46,500 bases of DNA, taken from positions 1 through 46,500 of the IMG/VR virus record IMGVR_UViG_3300042342_000302; one strand, given 5' to 3'. The number at the start of each line of letters is the position of its first letter. Position 1 is the stretch's first letter. The notes beneath the pieces are model-generated. The model was not told the origin of the DNA and did no database searches. It saw nothing but the letters and a program-made list of their open reading frames with translations. Positions 45,564-46,500 of this stretch are shown here, one piece after another. Source of the DNA: a virus. Its lineage: Duplodnaviria > Caudoviricetes. Both the position numbers and the translations under genes were made by a program.

Positions 45564-46425
45564 AAAGCTTGAGACTACAGCTTCGACATGCAAAATCTTT
45601 AAGAGGATTATTTTGTTTCCCTCTCTGTCCAGTTCCTTTTGAGATCTATCTTTGCAATGCCAATTGATTAGGTCAATTACACCTTGAGCTACTTTAATTT
45701 AGTGGGATACTCTCTTTTTACTCCAACCGTTCAACTCTGCCGAGCTGATACATCCTTGCGAGATTACGACCTTTTAGAAAGAATACTCTCAGACTTGCGA
45801 TCTTTGAGTGCAACGAACCTCTCGTTACTGTGTAGGCATCTTTCTCCCGTAGCTGGCAAGCGCTTAAGCTTATGATTATATTAATTTTGATAAATTGAAA
45901 TCAAAGTTTTGACTTGTGGATCGTAAAGGTAGCGGCTTGCCACTGAACCTGCTCAGCTTTTGGCCAAGTAGATATTCAACTACCTTTTGAGATATCCCTA
46001 TCTCGGTTATTTTAGACAACTTCGTCAAAGAGTCTTGGTAGACTTCTTCGAAGGAAAGTAGCAGCACCATCTGTTCTCTTTCTTACCTTAAGGTTTTTAG
46101 CCATTCGGTTTTAAATCGCCATTCAATACTAGTGTGCGCAATAGTGTAATTGGATAAACTACATTTCTTGCATAATCACTCTCAGATTATTCTTATTGCT
46201 CTTCCAAGCTCAATCAGACAACCCACATTGCCTGATCACCAAACCATTTCGCTACGGAGTTACCCTCACTACTACAGGTCCAATGATATTCTGATTGCAT
46301 ACTCGAGCTTATTGCTAAGCCGCAAATAGGTTCAGTCAAACCTACTCACTTTATACTTGTTTCCAAGTTTATTTAACGACTATATGCCGCCGACGTTATT
46401 TAGGATTTCTCCACGGATAACAATA
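45564..46425 (-). ncRNA. large structured ncRNA, probably GOLLD-class
   Basis: ~870 nt without a credible ORF, dense hairpins with G-U pairs, own promoter and terminator, next to phage tRNAs; family assignment is from size, context and recalled resemblance. Confidence 0.7.
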
Positions 46426-46437
46426 TTTTCAAAGAGC
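46426..46437 (-). promoter_or_regulatory. boxA-like antitermination element
   Basis: GCTCTTTGAAAA about 20 nt after the promoter; resembles rrn boxA (TGCTCTTTAACA). Confidence 0.55.
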
Positions 46438-46457
46438 TATGTTTCAATGTTATAAAG

Positions 46458-46490
46458 CTAATATATAACATCTTTTCGTTTTTAAAAAAT
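46458..46490 (-). promoter_or_regulatory. promoter for the RNA locus
   Basis: ATTT-N21-TATATTAG, same spacing as the other promoters. Confidence 0.6.
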
Positions 46491-46500
46491 TTATCTTTTT

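Noticed and set aside
45684-46070. ORFs 45684..45875 (+) and 45876..46070 (-)
   Set aside because: They lie inside the structured giant RNA and have atypical composition and no proper leader.
45564-46425. Giant RNA as group I/II intron, rRNA, tmRNA or RNase P RNA
   Set aside because: It does not interrupt a gene, has its own promoter and terminator, and I could not find the hallmark motifs of those classes by eye; a covariance search is still needed.

Overview
This is an AT-rich, gene-dense fragment of a large tailed-phage genome, with essentially every real gene on the minus strand. Promoters of the TAnnTTTG type and AT-rich leaders without a Shine-Dalgarno sequence point to a Bacteroidota host (inference). 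In transcription order (right to left) the window has four parts. (1) An RNA locus at about 43.6-46.5 kb: a promoter and boxA-like site, an ~870-nt highly structured ncRNA that is probably GOLLD-class, and a terminator-like hairpin. These are followed by four canonical tRNAs (Glu, Thr, Ser, Gln), two small structured RNAs, and two enlarged tRNA-shaped RNAs whose inserted D-loop hairpins have complementary loops. (2) A Cas4/RecB-like nuclease and an RHH-type regulator. (3) An ~19.5-kb glycan locus with GT4, GT2, GT11 and GT17 glycosyltransferases, Gmd, two Fcl paralogues, an RfbH-type 3-dehydratase, an NDP-sugar C-methyltransferase and epimerases. (4) About 20 kb of small accessory genes, including an RNA-repair trio (Rnl1-like ligase, P-loop kinase, phosphoesterase), three HExxH proteins, UvsE, a holin-like protein and a LamG lectin with a Ser/Thr/Pro stalk. 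Three recurring cis-regulatory motif classes are visible. All family calls come from recognising motifs by eye; no searches were run.
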